Shown here: piece after piece, positions 28,989 through 40,192 of the stretch
How the letters are laid out: the number at the start of each line of letters is the position of its first letter
How positions within the stretch are numbered: position 1 is the first letter of the stretch
DNA from: an uncultured Chloroflexia bacterium
Lineage (GTDB): Bacteria > Chloroflexota > Dehalococcoidia > UBA2247 > RBG-13-53-26
Length of the DNA stretch: 64,000 nucleotides
Reading direction: 5' to 3'
NCBI GenBank assembly: GCA_963720375.1
Contig: CAVRFM010000009.1
Coordinates: 25,202 to 89,201, forward strand
Notes under the pieces: model-generated
The model's database searches: none
What the model was told of the DNA's origin: nothing
Seen by the model: only the letters and a program-made list of their open reading frames with translations
Program-made: the position numbers and the translations under genes

Positions 28989-29618
28989 ATGAGGAAGATG
29001 ACAGAGGCAAATCTGAATAACGCCTATGCTGGCGAGAGCATGGCCCACATGAGATACAACATCTATGCTGATGTTGCTGAATCAGAGGGCAAGCCGAATA
29101 TTGCCAGGCTTTTCCGGTCCATATCCTTTGCGGAAAGGGTGCATGCCACCAACCACTACAGGGCACTGGGAGCCATCAAGTCCAGTGTTGACAACCTCCA
29201 GGTAGCCATTGATGGTGAGACCTACGAGGTGGAGGATATGTATCCTGCTTACAGGGCAGTGGCCGAACTACAGGGAGAAACAGCTGCTCGGCGCAGTACC
29301 GATTGGGCCTGGCAAGCGGAGAAGATTCATGCTGCCATGTACCAGCAAGCCAAGCAGGCAGCAGCAAACAAGGAGGACATGGACTTGGGGCCCATGTTCA
29401 TATGTGAAGTATGCGGGCATACAGTGGAAGGGCAAGCTCCTGACAGATGTCCCGTCTGTCAGGCAGCAAAGGAAAGGTTCAGAGCAGTTCTAGGATTGCG
29501 CTCTGCAGAAAAGAAGAGGAGCAGAATCCGGTGGCATACAAGATCACGGATGATTGCATCAGTTGCGGGGCCTGTGAGCCGGAGTGCCCCAACAAAGCCA
29601 TCAACGAAGTTGAGATGA
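28989..29618 (+). CDS. rbr: rubrerythrin (N-terminal ferritin-like di-iron domain + C-terminal rubredoxin-like domain); annotated end probably run-on
   Basis: Di-iron E/H residues and CEVCGH...CPVCQAAKERF. The frame has no stop for 45 more codons and overlaps the ferredoxin gene. Deleting the c in gttctag would give ...RFRAV* (possible indel). Confidence 0.8.
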   Translation: MRKMTEANLNNAYAGESMAHMRYNIYADVAESEGKPNIARLFRSISFAERVHATNHYRALGAIKSSVDNLQVAIDGETYEVEDMYPAYRAVAELQGETAARRSTDWAWQAEKIHAAMYQQAKQAAANKEDMDLGPMFICEVCGHTVEGQAPDRCPVCQAAKERFRAVLGLRSAEKKRSRIRWHTRSRMIASVAGPVSRSAPTKPSTKLR

Positions 29619-29803
29619 CCTATGTCATCAACCCCGACAGGTGCACTCAGTGTGTCGGGGCCTACAAGTCCTCCCGTTGTGCGGAGGTATGCCCGGTGGA
29701 TGCCTGTATCGCTGACCCCAGCCATCCCGAGACCAAGGAACAGCTCCTGAACAAATGGCGCAGTCTGCACCCGGACAAGGAACCTGCTGCAGGAACCTAT
29801 TGA
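29531..29803 (+). CDS. 4Fe-4S ferredoxin
   Basis: GTG start preceded by RBS gaggag. AYKITDDCISCGACEPECP plus a second CTQC...C...CP cluster. Confidence 0.75.
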   Translation: MAYKITDDCISCGACEPECPNKAINEVEMTYVINPDRCTQCVGAYKSSRCAEVCPVDACIADPSHPETKEQLLNKWRSLHPDKEPAAGTY

Positions 29804-29974
29804 TGAGTTGAAGGGGCAAGGCTTGGAGTGGTCTTTGACATGGCTTTGCTGCCTTGGATAGATTTTCTCAGAAGAAAAGGCAGCTGTTATCCAGTCCAGG
29901 CGGCAGTGATAAGCCAGTCCAAAGGCAGATTAGTATGAGACAAGCAGCATGTGGTTTGAAGATGGGGGAACAGC

Positions 29975-30604
29975 TTGGCGTGGGTCAAGGAGAAAAGGGA
30001 GGTGCATATGGAACTCAGCGATTTGGCGACCCTGATCAGGAGCCGACGCTCTATCCGCCGGTGGCAGGACAAAGAAGTGCCCTTGAGGCTATTGACTCAG
30101 GCTATAGAGATAGCGACCTGGGCTCCCAACGGGGGCAACAGGCAGAATTGGCGCTTCTATGTCATTACGAACCGCAACACGATCAAGTCGATTGCAGACG
30201 AGGTGCAGAAGACTGCAGGCCAGATGGCCTCTTGGCCGGAGGCTAAGGAGTTCGCAGGTGAAGTGTCCAGATGGAAAGACGGAGCAGGTTTCTTCCGCAG
30301 CGCGCCGGCGGCTATTGCAGTGGCCGCGGCCCAATATGATTCCGTAGCCGACAAAGTTTTGTCTGCTCGGGAGAAGACTGACCGCCAGGCGAGCCAAATG
30401 CGCGCTTGGCGCAATACCGCTAATACCCGAATACAGTCTGTGGCTTCAGCTACTGCTTATTTGCTCCTCGTCTTGCACAACATGGGGTTAGGGGCAGTGT
30501 GGATGACAGGCCCCATGCAGGCTGCGGGAGAGATACAGAAGATTCTCCGGGTGCCACCGGATATGAATCTGGTGGCGTTCATTCCTGTTGGCTACTCCGG
30601 CTGA
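29975..30604 (+). CDS. nitroreductase family protein
   Basis: LIRSRRSIRRW...APNGGNRQNWRFYVI nitroreductase signature. Likely start at the internal Met (MELSDL). Confidence 0.8.
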   Translation: MAWVKEKREVHMELSDLATLIRSRRSIRRWQDKEVPLRLLTQAIEIATWAPNGGNRQNWRFYVITNRNTIKSIADEVQKTAGQMASWPEAKEFAGEVSRWKDGAGFFRSAPAAIAVAAAQYDSVADKVLSAREKTDRQASQMRAWRNTANTRIQSVASATAYLLLVLHNMGLGAVWMTGPMQAAGEIQKILRVPPDMNLVAFIPVGYSG

Positions 30605-30786
30605 GAGTCCGGAACCCCCGCCGCGACGGCCTGTTGAGGAAGTCTGTGAGATTGTGAGTTAGATCGGGCTTGGCCTTTGCCGTATTGGTATGGCCGGTTT
30701 CTGGCGTGTCGCATGCGCCGAGCGCCAATCGCATTCTCGTTTGGCCGATGCATCTGGGCAATCCACTCGTAGTGCGGATGATGGTG

Positions 30787-31533
30787 CTAGCTGAGGACAC
30801 GCCTGCGGAAGCCCGCGATCCCGGCCCAGAGGAACAGGGCACACAATGCCAGGAGCACAGGGTAGATCACGTACAGGTGCATGTGCCCCGCCGTGGTCAA
30901 CGCAGCGCGGAAGCCCTCAGTCACGTAAATCAGCGGATTGATGCATACCAGGGCCTGCAGCCAGGAGAAGCCCCCGACCTTGACGGCCGACAGCGTCGTC
31001 CACGGATAATAGGTGCCTCCGAGGAATGTTATGGGCAGGACGATGAACCCGAACATGACGCTAATGTTGCGCGGCGAGATGCGGGTCCCGAGCACCAGTC
31101 CAAGGCTGGACGTCATGATACAGGCGATCGGGATGAGGGTGAGCAGGATCGGCCAGTGCACTGACAGATGCACCTCAATTCCCTTGGCATGGATAACCAA
31201 CGCGATCGGGAATACGATAACTGCGGCGATCAGGCCCTGAATAGCTCCAGCCACTACCTTGCCGATGGCAACCAGAGACACAGGGAGTGGTGCGAGCACC
31301 CGGTCCTCGATCTCCTTGGTGTAGCCGAACTCGTTGGCCAGGGGCAGGGCCACTGCCTGGATTCCCTGGAACATAATCGACAGGCCGACCACACCGGCTA
31401 CCAACACGGTAGCAAAGGCAGATTCGCCGCCGACACCCTGGCCCCCGCCGACGCCTTGGCCAATCTTGGGGAATACGTACAAGAAAACGAAGACCAAGAG
31501 GAAGGGCTGGACGAGCGTGCGTGCGACGAACAC
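30787..31533 (-). CDS. ABC-2 type transporter permease
   Basis: Six predicted TM helices, 248 aa, directly downstream of an ABC ATPase. Confidence 0.8.
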   Translation of the reverse strand: MFVARTLVQPFLLVFVFLYVFPKIGQGVGGGQGVGGESAFATVLVAGVVGLSIMFQGIQAVALPLANEFGYTKEIEDRVLAPLPVSLVAIGKVVAGAIQGLIAAVIVFPIALVIHAKGIEVHLSVHWPILLTLIPIACIMTSSLGLVLGTRISPRNISVMFGFIVLPITFLGGTYYPWTTLSAVKVGGFSWLQALVCINPLIYVTEGFRAALTTAGHMHLYVIYPVLLALCALFLWAGIAGFRRRVLS

Positions 31534-31659
31534 GCCCAGGTTCTTTTCCAGTACCGCGAGGTCGCGCAGTAGGAGTGCCTTAAAAGCAGTGAGGCTCGCA
31601 GCGGCCGCTGACCGGGTGGACCCGGTCAGGCTACTTGAGGTTGGCAGAGGTGGCGGTGG

Positions 31660-32632
<973 letters not shown>

Positions 32633-32652
<20 letters not shown>

Positions 32653-32812
32653 GTACCTCCTGCTTACGCTCGAGGCCGTTTAATATTGCCTCACCCTTGC
32701 GATCAGATTTGCCCTCTACGGAGTCCAGGGCAAAAGCTGTGCTGGTGAACCCGACGGTAAGAGCGATGATGGCCGTAAGAGCAACTGCCAGAAACTCGTT
32801 ATAGTTTTCCAC
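32633..32812 (-). CDS. small hydrophobic peptide (59 aa) upstream of and overlapping the ABC transporter start
   Basis: GTG start 5 nt after RBS gggagg. Sequence VENYNEFLAVALTAIIALTVGFTSTAFALDSVEGKSDRKGEAILNGLERKQEVHVYADR. Its stop overlaps the ABC ATPase start. Below the ORF-track size cutoff. Confidence 0.35.
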
Positions 32813-32917
32813 AGATCCTCCCTTCTCTCTTGATTCTTCGTTTAGCTCAATCTGATAGATCTATGACTTTGCACAACGAAGAAGACAATCCAAAATTAGT
32901 GCCCTCCCGGTTACCAA

Positions 32918-33154
32918 CTAGGGCAGATCCTTCTTGATTTGCTCGAACTGTTCCTTGGAGATCTCCCATCTGGCATATCGCTCCTTGGCTATGTTCAATG
33001 CATTCCCTTTATTGGCACTTGCTGCCGGAGTTCTGTCCCCTGCCAGTTTCGCGATTCCCCAGGCTATCAGTGCGATGATTCCTACCCAGAAAAGGAGCCA
33101 TAGTATGCCACCGAAGACCATCCACCAGCCCATTCCTTCATGTGTGTGCCACAT
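32918..33154 (-). CDS. SHOCT-domain membrane protein
   Basis: N-terminal TM helix and C-terminal AKERYARWEISKEQFEQIKKDL (SHOCT). 78 aa. Confidence 0.6.
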   Translation of the reverse strand: MWHTHEGMGWWMVFGGILWLLFWVGIIALIAWGIAKLAGDRTPAASANKGNALNIAKERYARWEISKEQFEQIKKDLP

Positions 33155-34010
33155 GTCTTCCTCCTTATGGTACTATTTTCTGTTGTGTCTCATCAAGCAT
33201 ATGTACTCCTCACAACTACATCTATGAGGAGAGGTATGCTTTATTCGTTTCCGTATGTTACAGCGCGTGCCTGTTCCGGTCGGTGTTTGCATTTCAACTG
33301 GATAGTATTACGGGTTTGTAGCAGGTGCTATCCGCAAAACTACCTGGTTCAGGGGTTCCGCGAATACCTGTTTTGGGTTCTGAAATGATTGACCTGCTGC
33401 AGCGATGCCTCGTAGAGCTTCAGGCTGAGGTTAAGCTTGCGCAAGATCAGGTGGGTCACTATAAGCCATTTGCGCACAGCATCATGGCCGCGCTCAAACG
33501 GTGCAAGAAGGTTGGATGTTGGTCATCCGCAAAAAAGAAGACTGGGCAACATCTCCAACTACTGATCTGATGCCCAGCCTCCGATTGTTTTTGGTTGCCA
33601 AACTGGCAACTACTTCCCCTTTCAGGACTTTCAAGCGAGGCAGTTTCTGGCTAGAGCCTTGCTCTTGGCCACTGCCTCCTTGAATCTGTGAAAGAAGCGG
33701 GCTTCTTTGTCACCAGATTCTGTGCTCATGGCCTGTCCCCCCTTTCTTGAAGAATCGCAACGGAGTATTTCGTCCGTTTGGTGCGTATACGCCATACTAC
33801 TCGACAGAGTCATGGTCTGTCAAGAGGTCAGCACCGACTTCAGTGATTCATGGCTAGTAAGTGCATTTGAGTATAGGCGAGACTCAACGCCATTCCCTAC
33901 TTGTATCCAAGCCAAGGTTGAGGTGGCGACACATCATTCTTCCCTGAGACAGAAGTCACATGCAGTTTCTGAAGACTGGGTCATAATCGACAGTAGTTAG
34001 ATTAGATATT

Positions 34011-34421
34011 TTGCCGAGAGGGAAACCAATGAGAGTTAGAATAACAAGGAGCGACAAAGAGTGGCGGTCATTACTGACGCCACAGCAATATAAGGTGACC
34101 CGGAGGAAGGGAACAGAGCCTCCCTTTACTGGGGAATACTACGACTTCAAGAAGAAAGGCATTTACAGATGCGTGTGTTGCGGCAACAGCTTGTTCAGTT
34201 CAGAGACAAAGTTCGATTCCGGGACAGGCTGGCCGAGCTTCTGGGCTCCGATTTCAGAAGAGAATGTCACAACAGCCACGGACGTCTCACATGGGATGAT
34301 AAGGACAGAAGTCAAATGCGTAAGGTGCGGGGCACATCTGGGGCATTTGTTTGATGATGGACCGCCTCCAACCAGACTGCGCTACTGCATCAACTCCGCC
34401 GCGCTGAACTTTGCGGAGTAG
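34011..34421 (+). CDS. msrB: peptide-methionine (R)-S-oxide reductase
   Basis: CxxC...GWPSF...[21 protein letters not shown]. 136 aa. Confidence 0.9.
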   Translation: MPRGKPMRVRITRSDKEWRSLLTPQQYKVTRRKGTEPPFTGEYYDFKKKGIYRCVCCGNSLFSSETKFDSGTGWPSFWAPISEENVTTATDVSHGMIRTEVKCVRCGAHLGHLFDDGPPPTRLRYCINSAALNFAE

Positions 34422-34515
34422 TTAAGAGTCGTCTTATGTACAATATTGATTGCCCTCGTCACAGGGTTTCCGTCAAGAAATTCAGGTAGAATAGAGGAAG
34501 CTGATTGCGCACGAC

Positions 34516-35059
34516 ATGGAAGAAATAAGAGAAGTCGGAACCCTGGCAGGAGGCTGCTTCTGGTGTTTGGAGGCCACCTTCGAACGGCTGCAGGGGGTAG
34601 TGCGTGTGATATCCGGCTATGCAGGAGGACATGTCGCTAATCCCTCCTACAGTCAGGTCTGTAGCTGGGACTACAGGGCATGCTGAGGCGGTTCAGATCA
34701 CGTTTGACCCTCGCGTCATCTCTTTCCGCGAATTGCTGGAGGTCTTCTTCAGTATTCACGATCCCACGACGCTGAATTGCCAAGGAGCCGATGTCGGAAC
34801 TCAGTATCGCTCGGCCATCTTCTATCATACCCCTGAACAGAAGGCCGAAGCAGAGGGCATGATAAGAGAGCTTGAAGCATCAGCGGTGTGGGATCAGCCC
34901 ATTGTCACCGAGGTCAGGCCCTTTACCGCGTTCTACCCGGCTGAGGAGTACCACCAGCAATACTACCGCAAGAACCCCGAACAGGCCTATTGCCAAGTAG
35001 TGATCGCTCCCAAGTTAGCCAAGTTCCGCAAGAAATTTGTGGCCAAGCTCAAGGAATAG
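34516..35059 (+). pseudogene. msrA: peptide-methionine (S)-S-oxide reductase, +1 frameshift near 34665 (extra t in agctggg)
   Basis: N-terminus [13 protein letters not shown]...[16 protein letters not shown] is in one frame. [15 protein letters not shown]...YHQQYY continues in the next frame. One deleted base restores a canonical MsrA. Confidence 0.85.
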
Positions 35060-35178
35060 TTGAGCCCCAACGTGTTCTGGCTGCACCGTGTAACAGTCTC
35101 AAACAATCTCGACCATGCTTGAGTTGATTTGGCGCGAATCCCGGTTCCTGGGTTTGCCGGCAAGAAAGGAGATATCAG

Positions 35179-36090
35179 ATGAGTACTGTTCGGAGAGTGA
35201 AGAGGACTTTCAGAAGCAGACCTACAGTGGAAGGAGCCGGTGTCAATCTAAAGAGAGCATTTGGCTTTCATCAGGTTCCCCTTTTCGATCCTTTCCTGCT
35301 GCTCGACGATTTTCATTCCACTAACCCTGATGACTATATCAGGGGTTTCCCGTGGCATCCGCACAGAGGAATAGAGACTATTACCTACGTCCTTCATGGC
35401 AAGGTAGAGCACGGTGATAGTATGGGCAACGGAGGAGTCATCCATTCTGGAGATGTCCAATGGATGACTGCCGGAAGCGGTATCATTCATCAAGAAATGC
35501 CCAAAGGACAAGAGGACGGGTTGATGTGGGGCTTTCAACTTTGGGCAAATCTTCCGGCATCACATAAGATGATGCCCCCACGCTATCGGGATATCAAAAG
35601 TACACAAATTCCGGAAGTACTTACTGATACTGGTGTGTCGGTGAAAGTCGTCTGCGGAGAAGTGAACAGCGTAGAAGGCCCTGTCCGGGATATCGTTATC
35701 AATCCAGAGTATCTGGATGTTGCCATGCTGCCGCATTCCAGTTTCAGGCGCAGTATCCCGAACAATCATAATGCATTTGCCTATGTTATAGAAGGTGAAG
35801 GCTATTTTGATGATCGACGAGAATCACGTGATCTTAAAGTGGCCGGTACCGGCTACTCCGGTTTGAGTAGAGAGAGCATGTTGGATCAGGAACATTTGGT
35901 TTTATTCGAGACTGGTGACGAGATCATTGTGATCACCGGTGACAAGCCGATAAGGTTCTTACTAGTATCGGGGAAACCTATCGGAGAACCCGTGGCCTGG
36001 TCTGGCCCCATAGTCATGAATAACGAGGAAGAGTTGAGAGTAGCGTTTGAAGAATATCAGAAAGGAACCTTCATCAAACATACTAAGTAG
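35179..36090 (+). CDS. pirin family protein
   Basis: HPHRGIETITYVLHGKVEHGDSMGNGGVI...HQE bicupin metal-binding motif. 303 aa. Confidence 0.85.
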   Translation: MSTVRRVKRTFRSRPTVEGAGVNLKRAFGFHQVPLFDPFLLLDDFHSTNPDDYIRGFPWHPHRGIETITYVLHGKVEHGDSMGNGGVIHSGDVQWMTAGSGIIHQEMPKGQEDGLMWGFQLWANLPASHKMMPPRYRDIKSTQIPEVLTDTGVSVKVVCGEVNSVEGPVRDIVINPEYLDVAMLPHSSFRRSIPNNHNAFAYVIEGEGYFDDRRESRDLKVAGTGYSGLSRESMLDQEHLVLFETGDEIIVITGDKPIRFLLVSGKPIGEPVAWSGPIVMNNEEELRVAFEEYQKGTFIKHTK

Positions 36091-36329
36091 ACTCACCAGC
36101 GCCCTGTGGAACTTCAGTCTGTCATCAACCCCCGAGCTTCTGATATATCCCACGCTGAGACCACGCTCAAACTCTCACTCTGAAACTAGCTTTCCAATGC
36201 CTTCCCAGAACTCTATCCAGATTGTCGTCTCCAGACTATCAGCCTTGCCCTAAACGTTACGTTCCTCCGTATGGAAGTTGACAAAAGTTGAGAAATCTGT
36301 CATAAATGATATCCCTTTTTGATGTTATA

Positions 36330-36413
36330 GAACAAGTGGCTGGCAGGCAATCTATGAGGGGGGGGAATGTGACTCTGTGATTTGAGTCACACTTAGTTGA
36401 CCGGCCAGCCATA
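36330..36413 (+). repeat. left arm of an ~80-bp inverted repeat (compound hairpin element)
   Basis: ggctggcagg...gaggggggggaatgtgactctgtgatttgagtcacacttagttgaccggccagccat. It is internally palindromic (ggctggc/gccagcc; gtgactc/gagtcac). About 85% identical to the reverse complement of 38701..38780. Confidence 0.8.
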
Positions 36414-36458
36414 TATATTTGGGGAGTCTTCTGACGGGAAGTCCTAGAGGTAGAAGAA

Positions 36459-37424
36459 ATGGACATATTGGTTACAGGAGCTACAGGTCAACTTGGGAGA
36501 GAGATAGTACCTCGTTTTCTGGAAAGAGGGAATCGTCTCAAATTACTGGTTCGTGATGCGGCCAAGGCTAAGGGGCTGTTTCCTGACTGCGATATCATTC
36601 AGGGGGATATTGTTCGGGATGATCTTGGCATTGAAGTGCCGATGAAAGTAGATGCCGTCTATCACCTGGCTGCCGACATTAACTTGGGCACCAAGAGTGA
36701 CGATAGGGTATGGGCCACAAACTATAACGGTACTGCCAACGTGATCCGCTTCTGTGAGCTAAACTCAGTGCCCCACCTCTTCTATGCGGGCACAGCCTAT
36801 ACTGAAAAAGGCAGGAACGCCTACGAGAAGTCAAAGAAGGCGGCTGAGCAGCTTGTGGAGTCCTGTGGGATTGAGAGGAAAACAATCTTCAAGATCGGCA
36901 TCCTTGTCCCGAGTCTCAAAAACCCTAGCAAGGCTTCGACGGAGGCACCGTATCTGCTTACCCATGGGATATGTGTGCTTCATGACCGCGAAGAGGTGGT
37001 GAAAAGACGTCTGGATGGCACGCTTCGATTGCCTATAGCAGAGCCTAGATTCAGGGTCAGAGGCCTCCCGGATGCCAGGCTCAATCTGGTGCCCATTGAT
37101 GTAGTAGTCGATTTTATTGTGAATACAACAGAGACAGGCAAGTTCTGGCTCACTCACCCTAAACCTCCAAAGCTGGGCGATCTGTTAAAGTGGGCAGGCG
37201 AGGTATTCTGTGTCTCCATAGAATTACAGCCAGATTTTGAAATGTCTGATATTGAAGCCCTGTTCCATCAGGGTGCAAAACCGTTTCTCCCTTACCTTTT
37301 CGGTGATGAGTTCCCCAGTGACCTGAAGGATTGTCCTGACATTACTCCTGGATTTGTGAGGGAAAGCGTGGCCCACAGCACCATTAGCGTCGATGGCACA
37401 TCTGCCAGTAAGTGGCTGAAGTGA
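36459..37424 (+). CDS. NAD-dependent epimerase/dehydratase (extended SDR) family protein
   Basis: ILVTGATGQLGREIV Rossmann motif. 321 aa. Confidence 0.8.
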   Translation: MDILVTGATGQLGREIVPRFLERGNRLKLLVRDAAKAKGLFPDCDIIQGDIVRDDLGIEVPMKVDAVYHLAADINLGTKSDDRVWATNYNGTANVIRFCELNSVPHLFYAGTAYTEKGRNAYEKSKKAAEQLVESCGIERKTIFKIGILVPSLKNPSKASTEAPYLLTHGICVLHDREEVVKRRLDGTLRLPIAEPRFRVRGLPDARLNLVPIDVVVDFIVNTTETGKFWLTHPKPPKLGDLLKWAGEVFCVSIELQPDFEMSDIEALFHQGAKPFLPYLFGDEFPSDLKDCPDITPGFVRESVAHSTISVDGTSASKWLK

Positions 37425-37883
37425 TTCAACAAGCAGCAAGAGGGTGGGCCGGAGAGGGTCGTATTAGCAATTAGCCTGCGCGGCACTGTACAAAGCAAAC
37501 TAAAGGCCAGTCTTACCTGTCAGGAACTCACTGTGCGAATAGCATTGAGCAGAAGCTAGGTTTGCCACCTTTGCGTCAAGTTACAGGCTTACTAAACTTC
37601 CTACCACTTCTGAGAATTGAGTCCTCCATGGATATCCCTATAACAGGGCACTCCATTTGGATGTGCAGTGCTCGGGAGACCAGTCTTTAGTGTTGCTAAC
37701 ATAGTCCTATAATTATCTCTATGCAATATAATAATCAAATAGTGATCCTATTATTGCGTCCTGTCCAACTCTGTCAACTAGGCTATGGTTTAAGATCTTG
37801 ACATCCTGGACGACTGCATCATAGGATTCCTGCAACTGTTGTAGCAAGATAAAAGACCATGTTATGAGGGTGGACGAGGGCAA

Positions 37884-38474
37884 GTGATGCATGATTGGCA
37901 CTCATTAGCCTATCACGGCGATGAATGGTTGGTTGGCTACGCTTGTACCCCACCGGGTGTGCCTAGTGTGCTCATCTTTTCCGTTGGACATGCGCTTGAA
38001 CTGTATCTGAAGGCAGCTCACGCGAAGCTCTTTGGTGACTTTGATGAGGCTCTCGGCTTCGGGCACAGAGTCAAAGACCTGTGGGACGCCTGCAAGAAAG
38101 GCGACTGCGCATTCCTTCCGAATCACGAGATACGGGACGCCATCTTTTCGCTAGACTTCCTTGACCAGCAGGTCTTCAAGACGCTGTCCAGAGACGATCA
38201 GCTTCATTTCATTAAGTACCAAAGCTTGTATATCATTGCGAAACACCTACAGGATTTGAAGTATCTTGGGTTGCCGTGGAAGACGCGGAAGAAGCGGGGA
38301 ACTACGGGGATGGCGTGGGTTCAGCCCGATCCGTACTGGATTACTCTGTTCAGGGACTTGAGAGGGTACCTTGGCTATCCGCCGCATGGGAAAGCAGACT
38401 TCATTAAACAGCAAATGGACTTGGGGATGATTCCACCCACTGCCGCCAGTTACCTTTCAGGTCTGTACAGATGA
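37884..38474 (+). CDS. hypothetical protein (196 aa)
   Basis: Protein-like composition. No recognisable domain. Second gene inside the inverted-repeat-flanked cassette. Confidence 0.45.
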   Translation: MMHDWHSLAYHGDEWLVGYACTPPGVPSVLIFSVGHALELYLKAAHAKLFGDFDEALGFGHRVKDLWDACKKGDCAFLPNHEIRDAIFSLDFLDQQVFKTLSRDDQLHFIKYQSLYIIAKHLQDLKYLGLPWKTRKKRGTTGMAWVQPDPYWITLFRDLRGYLGYPPHGKADFIKQQMDLGMIPPTAASYLSGLYR

Positions 38475-38613
38475 AAGCATCTGGTAACAATGGCATGCAG
38501 CCGGATGCTCGTACCTCGCGCCGCTGATGTCGGGCGTTCACCCCACTGACTAGCGCGCAATCATGTCGATGCCCGACTGGGGCGTTTGTTTGTTGGCTTG
38601 TCTCCTGGGTTGG

Positions 38614-38700
38614 GGTATGATGGTTACCACCAGTTCAGATGATGGATAATCGTGAGTATAACAGAGACGATACCTCAATGAGGAATGGTACGTAATAGAG
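38614..38700 (+). repeat. intergenic repeat element family B, copy 2
   Basis: Core ggtatgatggttaccaccagttcagatgatggataatcgtgagtataacagagacgatacc. Directly abuts the right inverted-repeat arm. Confidence 0.7.
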
Positions 38701-38780
38701 ATGGCTGGCCAGTCAACCGAATGTGACTCAAACCGCAGAGTCACATTCTCCCCCTTCTAAGATTGACTGCCAGCCATTCG
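38701..38780 (-). repeat. right arm of the ~80-bp inverted repeat
   Basis: atggctggccagtcaaccgaatgtgactcaaaccgcagagtcacattctcccccttctaagattgactgccagccattc is the reverse complement (about 85% identical) of 36330..36413. Confidence 0.8.
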
Positions 38781-39145
38781 ATTTTTAGGACGGTTCTCGC
38801 CTGAGAATCCAAAAAGCAGCCTTTCCCGGTCTGCTATGTTTCTGCCTGTATCATCCTCCTTGATTGTGTTAATAGGCCTCGTAATCTCGTAATGTGGGGG
38901 AATTATTCTACGACAATCATTGAGTTTGTCAAGTTTTCTACGAGCAGCATGATCTTTGGGGTGATGCTGAGTGTCTGTGGGGCAATAATGTGGAGGGAGT
39001 CTCGGGAAGGCAATTGTGAGAGAATCTCCCCCCATCAATATTTGTGGATTCCCGAACTGATTGATAGAATGCACTAGAGTCCTGGTGCAGTCTTGCAGGC
39101 CAGCTCATCAGCTACTGGCGCACCAGAGCCTTGTAGGGGGCTAGA

Positions 39146-39553
39146 ATGGACATCGACAAATACGCGGCACGCAGGTTTGATATTCAACCGGAAAAGGCTA
39201 TTGATACCGAAGTACTGGAGGCTATACCATTTGCCTATCCTGGCTCAGCAACCGAGGTCGTCTATGAGACCGAAGAGTTTACCTCTGTCTGTCCCTGGAC
39301 AGGGCTGCCCGATTTCGCCCGGCTTGTGATTCGCTATACCCCTCGCCATTCCCTGGTGGAGCTCAAATCTCTGAAGTACTACCTGACCTCCTATCGCAAT
39401 GTGGGCATATTGCAGGAGCACGCGGTAAACCGTGTTCTTCAAGATCTGGTTCATCTGGTGCAGCCGGTCTCCATGACGGTGGAAGCTGAATACAAGGAAA
39501 GGGGTGGCATAAAGAGCGGGGTGGTGGCCAAATATAGCCAGGCATCTGTATAA
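39146..39553 (+). CDS. queF: NADPH-dependent 7-cyano-7-deazaguanine reductase
   Basis: [14 protein letters not shown]...[10 protein letters not shown] QueF motifs. 135 aa. Confidence 0.85.
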   Translation: MDIDKYAARRFDIQPEKAIDTEVLEAIPFAYPGSATEVVYETEEFTSVCPWTGLPDFARLVIRYTPRHSLVELKSLKYYLTSYRNVGILQEHAVNRVLQDLVHLVQPVSMTVEAEYKERGGIKSGVVAKYSQASV

Positions 39554-39656
39554 CGTCCGGCAGAATCGGATCCCGGATTGTATGCGCAGCCTCTCGACCA
39601 GATTACCAGGCAGGTAGTCGGAGCTTGGGTACCCAAAGAGAAGGAGATATGAGAGA

Positions 39657-40136
39657 TTGAGGATTGAATTCAAGCCTGTAGGGGTAGTGAGGACAAACCT
39701 CAGCAATGACGAAGTTAAGGGAAGCTGGCCCAACGGAATTGAGGCTGAAATAGAGGTTTTTGAAGACTACGTTGAAGCCCTGGACGGCATCGATGCCTTT
39801 TCCCACTTGATCGTGTTGTTCTATATGCATGAGACTACAGAGGCACAGAGGGGGACCCTCAAAGCCAGGCCGAAGAGGTTCATCAAATACGGCCTGAGAC
39901 CTGAAGACCTGCCTCTAGTCGGTGTCTTCTGCTTGGATTCACCCCACAGGCCAAATCCCATAGGGTTGACTATCACCAGGCTTTTGGGAAGGGATGGAAA
40001 TATCCTGAGGGTCGATGGGCTTGATGCCTTCAACCATACGCCGGTCTTAGATATAAGACCCTATACGCCTGACAGATGCAAGGCTCAACTTGAGCTGCCG
40101 GATTGGTTCAAGTCACTGTCGAAGTACCTTCAGTAG
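39657..40136 (+). CDS. tsaA: tRNA (adenine37-N6)-methyltransferase TsaA/TrmO family
   Basis: VGVVRT...FSHLIVLFYMHE...RPNPIGLTITRLLGRDGNILRVDGLDAFNHTPVLDIRPY. 159 aa. Confidence 0.8.
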   Translation: MRIEFKPVGVVRTNLSNDEVKGSWPNGIEAEIEVFEDYVEALDGIDAFSHLIVLFYMHETTEAQRGTLKARPKRFIKYGLRPEDLPLVGVFCLDSPHRPNPIGLTITRLLGRDGNILRVDGLDAFNHTPVLDIRPYTPDRCKAQLELPDWFKSLSKYLQ

Positions 40137-40192
40137 TCAAATGTCTTTGAAAGGCTGGCCACGAGATTGGGGGCTTACCCTCTGAGCAGGTA

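Noticed and set aside
29447-29803. 118-aa ORF as annotated in the track for the ferredoxin
   Set aside because: The N-terminal 28 residues overlap the rubrerythrin gene. A GTG at 29531 with a proper RBS gives the canonical (M)AYKITDDC ferredoxin start.
36330-38780. Integron-style attC sites flanking a gene cassette
   Set aside because: The two elements are in inverted orientation, not direct. There is no integrase or attI nearby, and the unit lacks the R''-L''/L'-R' spacing typical of attC.
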